Of a stretch of DNA of 29,526 nt, positions 10,961 to 21,913 are shown in pieces. The DNA is from Octopus sinensis (lineage: Eukaryota). The stretch lies in NCBI RefSeq assembly GCF_006345805.1, contig NW_021832943.1:1-29526 (forward strand). Reading direction: 5' to 3'. A program made the position numbers and the translations under genes. How positions within the stretch are numbered: position 1 is the first letter of the stretch; each line of letters begins with the position of its first letter. The notes below the pieces were generated by a model. It searched no databases and was not told the DNA's origin. It worked only from the letters and a program-made list of their open reading frames with translations.

Positions 10961-13102
10961 GAAAATTTTATAATTGCTGTTGCCCTTGCTGTTGGAATAC
11001 ATGTATGGCCGTTTATAATATCGGTCCTGTGGAGAAGTTTTCGATTTTCCCTTATTCACATGATAAAAAATATTTTTAAATGTATTTAGGTTGCTTGAGG
11101 CTCCATTTTATTACCCAGATTTAGAGAAATTAAATTTATCTTATACACATATCTAATTTATTTTTTCATACATTGTGTACAATTCAAGTTGGCCATCTTT
11201 TGGGGAGGCAACTAAACGGAGTACAGCTGCGACTAAAATGCCCTCAAAATAATGTAACACTAAAAAAATACTTGTAAAAACATGCAAACAACTAAAAACA
11301 AACACGCAGACACGTGTTAAAACAGACATTTACACATTGACATGTACCAAAGATATAAGTAGCGACAGAGTAAACTTTAACAACTAGGACAGCAACAGCA
11401 GCTCATTGTATGCTAGCGTTACGAGTCTAAAAGAAACATTGGATATGAACAATGTTCGGGAAATAGAAAAAGAAAGCAAGGATTAGTATATTACAAAAGA
11501 CAGTACATCTTTAATAGTGGAATTTCTTTATGAAAAAGAAAGGAAGTACGTAACAGCTTTGTTTATCGAAAAACAGGGAGCTTCTGTATGTAACCGAATA
11601 ATAGTTACAATAAACTCTGGCTAATATGTGGTACAATGAGCACTCCATCGAGCACAGCAGATTGTACGGAAATCTGTGTTTAGTTTGTAAAACACTAGAC
11701 GTGGCGGGAAAGCAGCAGAAGCTTGTGTGTCACATACATATTGCCGCAGTTTGGAGGAATATACAGAGAAGCTAAACGTATGAGTCATGGACAGTACGAT
11801 TACATGGACAGTGTCTTTAGCACAAAAGTGATGAGCACAAAGGTACCCCACAATATGGGCAAGTGAAATTTGAATAGGCAAAGCAGGTCCTTATGACCAC
11901 CGATGACCATAAAACTATCATGGAGTTTTAGCCCATCGTGGGAACAGAGAAATACAGCCACACTTGCTGTTCAGAGTAGAAAGCACAGTTGTTATACGTT
12001 TGAGAGTAAGAGACGTTTTGAGAAGTTTCTGACTAGATGAGGATGTGAAGGTAAAGAGGATAGAGGCTGCGGGCGAAAGAAGATTTAGCAATGGCAACAA
12101 GTAGGCGCACCGGGGAGGACTACCACCTCCGCTGCTACTGAGTTACCTGGGCACAACTGATGCAGAACAGGACATAAATCACAAGTAGTCCTGCCATCCG
12201 AATGCTTTGCGTCTGAATGGAAGAGTGAAGAAATAGGGTAAATTATCATGGGTATCAGAAAATAAAATCACAAATAGACGTATTGAGGTCCGACCGAAGA
12301 CAAGTAGAACGCAAGGAGTGATGACACTCCATTGAATGCCTCACATTATGGTGGTAAGAATAGGGGAATACTAATTTGCTCAGATGGCGACCTTACGTAG
12401 CTGCTTCAAATTCATGTTCGTTCTAGTCCGTGAAGTGTATTTTCTTTCAATGTTTCTGTACGTTTTGGCTTCCTGAACCGCAATTGCCGAAGCTAGACGT
12501 ACTGATAGAACATCCAACTTGAAATGCAGGGAACTGTGGGGATATACTTGAACGAAGTCACAATAATGATATGAAACAGCACGAAAATGGCGCTAGCTGG
12601 CACCATACTGAACTATTAGGTTTTTATAGGAACATGTATTCACGCGGACAATTCTTTGTTCTTGCAGCTCGATTTATGCAGACACACATCTCTGCTGAAC
12701 CGCGCTAATGCGTGGATAGATCGACGGTCATCAAAAAGAAATACTTAGGATTTGGTTCGTGTCAGAATTCCAGTTGGATGAGGACCGGTAGGAAGTTACG
12801 AGCAGCGTTTTTCAAGATCTGTTCTCAATTTTTATTGCATTTCTTAACGCTGCATTAATAATCGGCAGCATCAGGGCCCTGTTAAATTTACTATTCCTGC
12901 ACTTGAAGAATTCATCCTTCAAGCTGGTATAAGAATCTTGCCAACATGTTTTGTAAACTTTCTGTATTGCAGGTTTTTCTGTATTGCAGGTTTTTCTATA
13001 AAATTACAGAATAAAGTACCAGTGGAGATGGTATCGGTTAAAACCTTTTCACGAAATTCGATGGAATTGTACCTATTCGAAAGCAATATCAGAAGGGGTC
13101 TT

Positions 13103-13680
13103 AAGACGGCAAGCTGGCTGAACCGTTAGTACGCTGGACGAAATGCTTAATGGCATTTCGTCCGTCTTTACGTTCTGAGTTCAGATGCCGCCGAGGTCGA
13201 CTTTACATCTCAACCTTTCTGATTCAATAAAATAAGAACCACATGAGCAACAAGGTCAATGTTATCGACTGACGCTCTTCCATGAACTTGCTGGCCTTGT
13301 GTCAAAATTTGAAAGTCGTATGACAAGGTGGCAGAATCGATAATGCGTCGGAAAAAGAATTTCTCCTGGATTTACTGTTAGTTCAAATCACTTCAATGGC
13401 AACATTTCCTTTTATATTTTTCGGTGTCGATAAAATTTAGTAATACTCAATGCTGTGGCCGATGGCTAAACTTAAAATCATTAAAGGTCAGCAAGCTGGC
13501 AGTGTCGATAAAATGTCGGCAAAAATAAGCTTACGGTATTTCTACGGGCACTTTACGTTTTAAGTTCAAATTCCGCCGAGGTCAGCTTCAGAAAAGAAAG
13601 TAAGTAAAAGTACTGGGGCCGTTAATATCGACCAGCCTCTCACCTCAAAGTTGTTGGCTTTGAACCGCGTCAAAAACTAT
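13103..13680 (+). mobile_element. Three head-to-tail SINE family A copies (about 13103-13315, 13321-13470, 13483-13680)
   Basis: Recurrent ctggcagaatcg-like head and agttcaaat B-box at three positions. Confidence 0.8.
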
Positions 13681-13681
13681 C

Positions 13682-14624
13682 ATTATTATTATTTTTTTTT
13701 CCTTCTTCTTTCAAATTTGCTTCCATTCTTGCCGAGCGTCTTCCGACTCCTAGGGCGAAAGAAACTCATAGTATACATTGGTAGGCCATTAACTAAACTC
13801 AATAGTTCGTTCAATCTTTTTTTTAAGTTAATTAAAATAACATGGGTAGTAATAATTCTCACATCGACATGCTCTTCTCAATACGTGTGATGTACCATTA
13901 AGACAATCTTTTGCACTTCTTGCAGGGATGGTAAGCCAGGGATCATTCTCAATAATTTTCGTTCCCTTCTTGATCATTCCTAGTGCTCCTACGATCACTG
14001 GTATTGTAACCGCCTTGAGATGCCACATTTTCTCAATTTCAATGAGTAGGTCTTTATATTTTCTGAGCTTGTCAAACTCTTTCGCTGAGATATTATGATC
14101 ACAGGGGATGCTCATGTCGATCAATAAGCAAACTTATTGTTTTAGTCTTTCACAACAATATCTGGTTATTGGCCTTGATGGTTCGGTCTGTATGTACTGG
14201 AAAGTCACACAGAATCGTTACATTTTATCCTTCAGTTACACCTCAGGGTGGTGATTATACCACTTGTCGGCAGTTTTGATATTGTAATGCCGACTATTAG
14301 CCAGTGTAGATATTGGCCAACTCTGTCATGTCTTAATTTATACTCCACTGGTGCTACGACTTTACATCCAGAGATTAGGTGGTCCACTGTTTCAATCATG
14401 TCATTGCAGAATCGGCATTTTGGGTCTGCTCCATTTTTCATTACATTGGCCTGGTAGTTCGGGTTAATAGGCTTTGATCTTGAGCAGCAAGGATGAAACC
14501 TTCGCTCTCTGCTTTTAGCCCTGAGCTCGTAGCCACTGATGGGTTTGCTTCTGGTCAACATCAGCTTGTTTCTACGGCCACATATTTGCCGTGCAGAGGT
14601 TTCTCCTCCCACCTATCAGCCATA
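13682..14624 (-). mobile_element. 5'-truncated Dong/R4-clade RLE LINE, frameshifted
   Basis: WEEKPLHG...GLKAESEGFILAAQDQSL; zinc knuckle CRFC...HLISGC; RHDRVGQYLHW; RLE region IDMSIPCDHNISAKEFDKLRKYKDL...IPVIVGALG; 3' UTR then (AAT)n tail. Confidence 0.92.
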
Positions 14625-14641
14625 TTATTATTAATTATTAT

Positions 14642-14730
<89 letters not shown>
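14622..14730. repeat. (ATT)n at the LINE 5' junction
   Basis: Seen directly. Confidence 0.95.
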
Positions 14731-14731
<1 letters not shown>

Positions 14732-15254
14732 GTAGTGTTGCTTTTGTGGTTGTTGGTGTTTGTGGATTTAATTAAAGAAGAATTAACGGAATCGCAAAGT
14801 AAGCAATTTTAATTTCGGGGATCTTTAGGAATGGTGGAGAATTGACGTGACTTAGTTGAAACGGTCGAAGAACAGAGATGGAATTATCTTTAACACATGG
14901 GCGTTGTGTGTGTGTGTGCATGTGTGCGTATGTGTACGTGTGTTGGTATATATGTGTGTGTGTGTTGGTGTAAATGTCCTGTATACATTCAACAAAAACT
15001 AATTGTTTACGTTATGGTAGAAGAGGTAGCACCAAATTTGGTAGCAGCGAGTTCTTAGAGAGAGGAAAAGGGGGAGGAGAGACTGAGAGAGAAAGAGAAA
15101 AAGGGGGAGAAGAAGAGGAAAAGAGGGAGATCGGTAGACAGGCAGACAGGTTTGGGGGAGGGAGGTGGAAGTAAAGTATACTTTGGCAGTGGAATTCTAT
15201 CTTTAATTGAATTCGTTCTGTCACGGTAATTAGGAACTGGTAATGGTAAAACGG

Positions 15255-15321
15255 TAGCAGCAGCAGCAGCAGCAGCAGCAGTAGAAAGGATGATAATGTT
15301 GTTGATGATGATGATGATGAC

Positions 15322-15356
<35 letters not shown>

Positions 15357-15410
15357 CCACAACGACGATGATATTGATGATGATGATAGTGGTGGTAGTG
15401 GTGGTGGCGG

Positions 15411-15463
<53 letters not shown>

Positions 15464-15832
15464 ATGATGATGACGATGACGACGACGACGTTTATGTTGA
15501 CAGTGATGGATACTTTGGTAATGATGATGTGAAGGAGGAGAAGGGGAAAGGGAGGCGGAGAATGATGGCTGCAATGATGATGGTGTGGATGACACTCATA
15601 ACGACGGTGAGGGAGATGATGTTAATGATAATGATGATGATGACGATGTTGATGTTGATGATGATGATGATGGTGACGATGGTGATGGTGACGATGATAA
15701 TGATGATGACGATGACGATGATGATGACGATGATGATGATGGTGACGATGATGATGATGATGATGTTTATGGTGATGATGATGATGATGATGCTGCTGCT
15801 GATGATGATGGCTGTAAGCTGTCTGTCTTCAA
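15255..15832. repeat. Degenerate (GAT/GAC/GGT)n microsatellite
   Basis: Seen directly; source of poly-M/D/H ORFs. Confidence 0.95.
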
Positions 15833-16329
15833 ACCTGATATTTGAGGAATGTCCAAAATGGCAGGAAGAACACAAGAAGAACATTAATTCAGGTCTTCAT
15901 AGTATAAACATATTTTTTATTTCTCACTTCCTGCGTCGGTCTTGCAAAGTTTATGGGACTTGGCATTTATCGACTGAAATCGTACCTGGTCCCCTAAAAT
16001 TGCTGTGGCACTTTAAATAACTTTGTTTCTTTCTTTTTTCTGTCTTTGTTTTTGGAATGTGAAGAATTTGCTTTTTAAGGTTTTAAGGTAACAGGGCTAA
16101 TAAATACTTTACAACAGATCTATGGGTTCCGCCGATTTGGATAACGCGTTAAGACGTCTCAAAGAATTCACGGGCCGCTTGCAGAACAGTGACAATCCAC
16201 ACAATAACTTAACTACTTATTCCTAATACGTTATGGTAAATTCGAACGTGATCCTCTTATCGCTGTTGTTTTCCGTCAGCAGAGAACACCTCCTGTGAGA
16301 CAATAAATGTTCATGCCACAAGTGATTCA

Positions 16330-16405
16330 CCGGTGTAAGGGGACTTTAAGACATTGCGGTGTTTCGTCCCTATTGTGTGTCTTCTCAGTCAAAGTATCAC
16401 ACTGG
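16330..16405 (-). ncRNA. Extended type I hammerhead, unit A (G8A mutation, stem II mismatch)
   Basis: ACUUUGA-CUGAGAA-GAC(ACACAAUAGG)GAC-GAA-ACA(CCGCAA)UGU-C-UUAAAGU. Stem I 7 bp, an internal loop, then distal stem CCAGUGU/ACACCGG. Cleavage position between 16350 and 16349. Confidence 0.82.
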
Positions 16406-16664
16406 TCGATGCATCTAGCAAGAATAAAGGCTCTTGTTGATAGACGTCAGCGAACAGGTTATTTGCTAACACGTGCTTCCGTCTGTCAAACAGATAATAA
16501 TTAATGAGGTGCATGCACAAATGAGAGAGTCCAAATAATAACGTGTCTATTGATTTTTAATACGTGCTGGTACATTCACGCATGACTACCAGATCGCTGT
16601 TACTTCTTCCCATCGGAGAATACTTCCTCCCTTTAGATTATGTGTTCATAACACACTGGTTCAG

Positions 16665-16710
16665 TGAGATACTGCGGTGTTTCGACCTCGTTTTGTCTCT
16701 TCAGTCAAAG
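16665..16710 (-). ncRNA. Type I hammerhead, unit B (core and stem II intact; stem III mismatch; stem I shortened by deletion)
   Basis: CUUUGA-CUGAAGA-GAC(AAAACGAG)GUC-GAA-ACAC(CGCA)GUAU-C-UCA. Confidence 0.82.
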
Positions 16711-16861
16711 CTACCTCACTGGATCGAGGAATTTCACAAGAGCACGAACTCTTGTTCACAAAAATCGGTGAACAAATTATTTGATGATGCATTCTGATGT
16801 CCGTCCAGCAGAAAATAATTAATGAGATGCAAACAGAAAATAATTAATGAAAATCCAATCA

Positions 16862-17100
16862 GATCAGGGCTCTCACCATGGGCCGACGAGACCTGCTACT
16901 GGTACCGTGTAAATCAGAACTATCAGCTTCATGATTGAGTGGTCAGTAACTAAGCTGGCTCCCTCATTTGAATAGCTTGACAGTCTTGTGAGGAGGGTAT
17001 CTGGACACCCAACAAAACTAAAAACAAGACCTGTCAAAGGACGGACGAGCTCCTCGTGGGCCAACAACATTCCAGTTGGGGAAGGCAATACTAAACCTCG
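16862..17100 (+). mobile_element. Probable RTE-type LINE 5' UTR fragment interrupting the array
   Basis: Resembles recalled RTE leader motifs (gggtatctgg.cacccaacaa, gacctgtcaaagg, gagctcctc); no ORF to confirm. Confidence 0.4.
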
Positions 17101-17439
17101 CTAGTACATCTGCTAATAAAGCACCATAGGAAAGTCAGTATAAAATAACGCTATGGCTTCATCTGAGAATTCACGCTTAATCGGGAATGCTTTTGTTGTA
17201 ATGGCATCGACGAACTGTAAAAAGCGCGCTGCATGACGATGATGGCACGCAGAACAGCAAGAATTGAAACCTTAATGTATCGATTCATTCCCAATATGTT
17301 CGGCAGATTATCTGACATGGGCGTTGTGTGTGTGTATGTTTGTGTGTGTGTGTGTGTGTGTGTGCGTGCGTGTTATGCAGTGGTTTGTCTGTAAACATTA
17401 TATGCGTGTATGTATGAATACTCATATAATATGGTGTTT

Positions 17440-17489
<50 letters not shown>

Positions 17490-17496
17490 ATATATA

Positions 17497-17930
17497 GTGT
17501 TCGTAATACGTTTTTTCGTTCGGCTTTTCTTGTCTTGTTATTTTCCTTGTCCTGTCTTTTAATGCTTATATTTTGTACTGTCGTTACTGTCCTGTTTTTG
17601 TTACCATTTTTACCCCTCTGCAAAAAGATCTCAAATTTTATTTGATTTGCTTTTCGCAGGAAGGAAAGTTTCTATCGAAGATACGTCTCGCCTTCACCTT
17701 CGAAACGTAGAGTAGATGAACCCATGGCGACTGAAGAAGGGGTTTTTTCCTTGTGTTATTTTTCCTGTACTCTATTTTTTTTGTTGTTTAAGAAAAATGT
17801 CCAGTTCCTTGGGTTTGTGTCTATGTTTTCGTTTCTCATTGTGTTCGACGTTTGTTTGGTGTCCTGTACTCATATAAGCGTGTATATATACATGTAGAGG
17901 TAGGTACGTACATATATGTATATATATATA
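17497..17930 (+). mobile_element. Penelope-like non-coding fragment between (TA)n tracts
   Basis: T-rich; contains cgaaacgtag and ctgaagaagggg; homologous to 19540-19870. Confidence 0.45.
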
Positions 17931-17949
17931 TGCATATGCTTTATTTATT

Positions 17950-17983
<34 letters not shown>

Positions 17984-18088
17984 TATGGAGAAGCAGTGAC
18001 GAGTAATAATTCTATAAATAATTATGATAATAATTATAAGCTTTAAGCTTATAATTATACATGTATATATATATACATACATATGTGT

Positions 18089-18385
18089 GTAGTTCTGGCA
18101 TGGCTATCTGACAGCTGTTGTTTTTCGTCGTCAGAGAACACCTCATTCCCTTTAAATAATGTACTTTTATGATACATGCGATTCACCGGTGAAAAGGAAC
18201 TCTGAGGCACTGTGTTCTTCTCTATTTAAAGAACGTAGATTGTAATTTGAGAGATATTTCACTGCTGTGTCTCGATGTCTCGCAGCCCGAACGATCGCAT
18301 TGTGACTCCTTTCGGTGGTTCGGGTATTACTTCCCTTGTTAATTCGAGAGGTTTCCGGTGATGTTTTATTTTGGTTCTTGGTGTG
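18089..18385 (-). mobile_element. Third, degenerate retrozyme-like unit (C)
   Basis: gcatggctatctgacagctgtt, cagagaacacctc and gattcaccggtg match units A/B; hammerhead remnant split by about 50 nt. Confidence 0.65.
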
Positions 18386-19399
18386 TTGTGGTTTAATTCT
18401 GTTTACAGTTTGTTTTTTATATTTCATACAGAGGAATACTATATCCGCTTCCGTCCTTGTTTACACTAATAAAATACAACAGGAAGAGATTAAACGGAAG
18501 TGCTCTAGCGATTGCTTCATTTAAGCAGACACCAGGTCTAAACATATTTTGGATCTTATCATTGTTTTGGTGTTGTTATTTAGCCCCAGGCCAGCTTTAA
18601 TTGAGTAAACTTATCATTAAAGACATTCCAGCCGTGATCATTTTGCCTTTTTTTTTCAGTAATACATTATTCAACAAATCCTTTTATAAGGCGGTAGGCC
18701 GAGATTTCAGTGTGATTAGCTGCTATTTTTAACAGGTCAAACGAATACATAGAGGCCTGCCCATTCAATCGACTTATTTAGGGTAATACTGGAGAGAGTG
18801 GTGATGAAGGTGGTAAGAGTAGTGGTGGTGCTGGTGTTGATTGAAGCTTGTGTGACATTAATGCCTTTCCCGAATGTAGTATTGTTGTTGGTGCTTGGTC
18901 TCCAGTCAGCTCTCACAGAGCAGACATATACCAGGGGGCATTCCATCCGTGGCTTTTCCTTCGATAAACCGAACACAAGACCACAGTATCAAACATAAAC
19001 TTTCTTTTATAATGCAGCAAAGTGATTTGGTTACTATTATTTCTAGCATGACTAGCTATCGTATAGATGTTTACCTGTCGACTTGTCACAAGGATATTTA
19101 AGTCTTCCATAAAACGGATAAGTCTTTCAGCTGGAAACGAAACCGAGTTGCTGCAAAGACTTAGGACTGTACCGTTGTTTAAATGAACTTCTGCTGTTCT
19201 TTAGCCCTTGGAAAAATCTGGCTGTGTAGACCTAAGACCAAAGACAATCAAGCCCTGATCATTAAGATGCTTTTTCTTTATTCGACATTTTACACAAAGT
19301 ATCTTACGCTATACTGATAGATATGTTCTGAACGAGATTTTGTTATTATTTCTAGTAACACATTCATCCATGTAGAGGTAGTATTATTGATTAATGAGT

Positions 19400-19535
19400 A
19401 TATACATACATACATACATACATACATACATGCATACATACATGCATACATGCATACATACATGCATACATACATACATGCATACACATACATACATACA
19501 TACATACATACATACATACATACATACATACATGC
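19400..19535. repeat. (CATA)n
   Basis: Seen directly. Confidence 0.96.
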
Positions 19536-19539
19536 ACTC

Positions 19540-19870
19540 ATATATCTCTTTTCAAAAAACCGTTTCTCCCAGCGTTCACTATTTTCCTCTCGTTCTGGTC
19601 CAACGACCCTCCATGTTTGTTTTCGTTCGGTTTCCTCGTATGTTTCCACTGTCCTGCTTTTGTTCCCAAGACTGACCCTCCATAAATCCTAAATTATATT
19701 TTAGAATTAGTGGGAGTAACTGTCTCTCAAGACTCATATTGTTGTTGAATGCTCAAAATGAAGAGCAGATAACCGACAAATGATCAAGGGTTCTTGCTTT
19801 GTTAACTTGTCCTGTTTTCCATTTTTTTCGTTGTTTACCCATGTAGGCATATATATAATGTATTAATCCA
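19540..19870 (+). mobile_element. Degenerate second copy of the 17497-17930 element
   Basis: Shared ttttcgttcgg, ctgtcctg.ttttgtt and aggg...tgtcctg...ttttt.gttgttt. Confidence 0.5.
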
Positions 19871-20010
19871 TGATAGAAATTTCAACAAAAAAAGTACTCC
19901 ATCTGATGAGAGATAAATATTATTTATTTAAAGGTCACAAAACATGCGTTAAATCGCTAATAAAACTTTCATATGTTGAGAAAACTCAAACGTATTCTTC
20001 AGAAAGAAAT

Positions 20011-20056
20011 GTCACTGATGAGGATTAACTCAATCCGGAATCATCGATGATTTGAC
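20011..20056 (+). ncRNA. Type I hammerhead motif with A13G mutation and 12-nt palindromic stem III
   Basis: GUCA-CUGAUGA-GGAUU(AACUC)AAUCC-GGA-AUCAUCGAUGAU-U-UGAC; stems I, II and III all pair. Confidence 0.68.
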
Positions 20057-20466
20057 TCTCCTCGCTTACTGTAGAGAAGTTGTCCTCCCTTGTCAGTCAG
20101 TAGATAAATGCTATTCTCAAGGTTAAGATTTGTTATGACTCTTATTTCTAGCAATACTTCTGCTGATTTGCAACCTTTAGTAACGATTACCTTGTGCATT
20201 TTGGTGTTTAAAATGCAAATGGCCACCTTTATTCCGTAATGCAGCACGGAATTTTGTTAGTGAACATGTCGCGGTCTGAAAGCGACGAAAATATTTTGAC
20301 CAATTAAATTTAAATGTTGAAGTGAATCTAACGGTTTTTGTGTGTTTCTTAAATGGCTTATAAACACCTTCCACGCTGCAATTGTTTTTGTTTCAGCACA
20401 CGATCGCAGATCAGGTCACCTGCTATGCAAGTACATCTCCGTAATATAATATATTAATATATATAC

Positions 20467-20516
<50 letters not shown>

Positions 20517-20592
20517 TGTGTGTGTGTTGTGTATGTATGTATATATATAAATAATTAAAAAGTAATGTAATAATACAATAATCAAAAAATAC

Positions 20593-20713
20593 AAAGAAGA
20601 ATGTTTATAATTATGAAGTCACCATTATAACTAAAAGGATTTCACAACATGTAAGGGTTTTGAAGCTCGCAGTTATAACTGTGACTTGTTCATTATTATA
20701 AAGATTCTTCTTT
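20593..20713. repeat. Inverted repeat, about 40-bp arms, 38-nt spacer
   Basis: aaagaagaatgtttataattatgaagtcaccattataact versus agttataactgtgacttgttcattattataaagattcttcttt. Confidence 0.85.
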
Positions 20714-20916
20714 TTCTATACACACACACACACACACATATACACGTATACATGTATAGATATGTATATACATACACATATGCACACATGCACGCACACA
20801 CATACATATATCTATGCAAGTATGTTTGTGTGTGTGTGCGTTAGCAAACTCCATGTTGTAAGTTAAAGCACTTTTATTTAGAATTTCAAGCCACATTCCC
20901 ACATTCAACCCAGCTA

Positions 20917-20955
20917 CCACCACCACCACCACCACCACCACCACCACCACCACCA
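20917..20955. repeat. (CCA)13
   Basis: Seen directly. Confidence 0.97.
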
Positions 20956-21127
20956 GAGCAGCCGCTGCCACCAATGAGCGCCATCGCACACCTCACCTTT
21001 CACCATCTGTTGTTTCTAGAATCATGTCATGTGTTAATAAAAACTTTGCATTTGCCAAACTTAGATTGTTTCTTTTTTTAAGTGGAATATGTCTGCCATC
21101 TTAGACACTTCCTCACACACACGCACA

Positions 21128-21158
<31 letters not shown>

Positions 21159-21380
21159 CACACCACACACACACTCACACACACACACAAACAAAGATAA
21201 GTGTGCATGTATATATGTATTTGTAATATACTAACATATATGTGTATACATAATGCATAATAATACATATAAGTATATCTTTTAACTTTTACTTCTTTCA
21301 GCCATTAGTTTGCGGCCATGTCGGGGCAGATATATGTCTGATATAGTTATGAATATCATCCACATAGTTTTATGTATATG

Positions 21381-21423
<43 letters not shown>

Positions 21424-21574
21424 ATATGGTGTGTGTGTGTGGTGTGTTGTGTATATATATATATATGTCTATATATATATACACATTATATATTATATAC
21501 ATATATATGTGTATCTATCTATCTATATACATGTATGTATATACATATATAATGTGTCTTTCTATATATATATA

Positions 21575-21755
21575 TTTACTCGACTAAAGGCGGTGCTCCA
21601 GCATGGCCGCAGCCAAATGACTGAAACAAGTAAAAGAGTAAAGAATAAAAGAGTATATATATATGTATAGGTGCAGGCTGCATGCTAAGTTTGCTTCCCG
21701 ACCAAATAGTTCCGGCCAAGTGTCTTCTACCAAAATCTTGGGCCAGCCGAAGCCA
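21575..21755 (+). mobile_element. SINE family B tail (21575-21650) followed by head fragment
   Basis: ctcgactaaaggcggtgctccagcatggccgcag...aagtaaaagag; then ggccaagtgtcttctac. Confidence 0.8.
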
Positions 21756-21913
21756 ATCCATCATCCGTCAATGACTGGCCGAAACGTCGGAGACTTCGAA
21801 GTCACTGTCAATAATATTCTCCTTCTAGAATAAACGTATACTCTACAGAAATACGGAGCAATCCCTCAAATTAATGTAAACGTTTTTTTTTTTATTATAA
21901 CTAAACATATCCC

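Larger units (their letters stand above)
16175..16860 (-). mobile_element. Retrozyme-like tandem array: about 2 units of 316-334 nt, each with a type I hammerhead
   Basis: Anchors repeat at taatacgt 16224/16558, atcgctgtt 16259/16593, tgcggtgtttcg 16355/16673, cagtcaaag 16386/16702 and aataattaatgag 16496/16814. Confidence 0.8.

Noticed and set aside
15585-15845. Asp-rich ORF followed by gtaagc
   Set aside because: Degenerate (GAT)n; no acceptor or unique coding context.
16175-16860. CRISPR-like or satellite interpretation of the tandem repeat
   Set aside because: No short repeat-spacer pattern or cas genes; the units are long, diverged and centred on a ribozyme fold.
17690-17745. Permuted hammerhead (cttcGAAACGUA...CUGAAGAagggg)
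   Set aside because: Stem I does not pair in register, and stem II needs two G-U pairs.
18118-18140. Minus-strand CUGACGACGAAA in unit C
   Set aside because: No stem II, and not conserved in units A or B.
18782-18812. Collagen-like GNTGESGDEG exon
   Set aside because: Only three triplets, merging into GGT-rich low-complexity sequence; no other Gly-X-Y exons.
19900-19940. CUGAUGA plus AUAAAU/AUUUAU hairpin
   Set aside because: GAAA half missing; kept only as part of a dispersed repeat.
20041-20374. Two short minus-strand ORFs as a GIY-YIG C-terminus
   Set aside because: No recognisable motifs, and they are antisense to the hammerhead.
21761-21792. GAAACGUC followed by ggag
   Set aside because: No CUGANGA upstream and no stem II.
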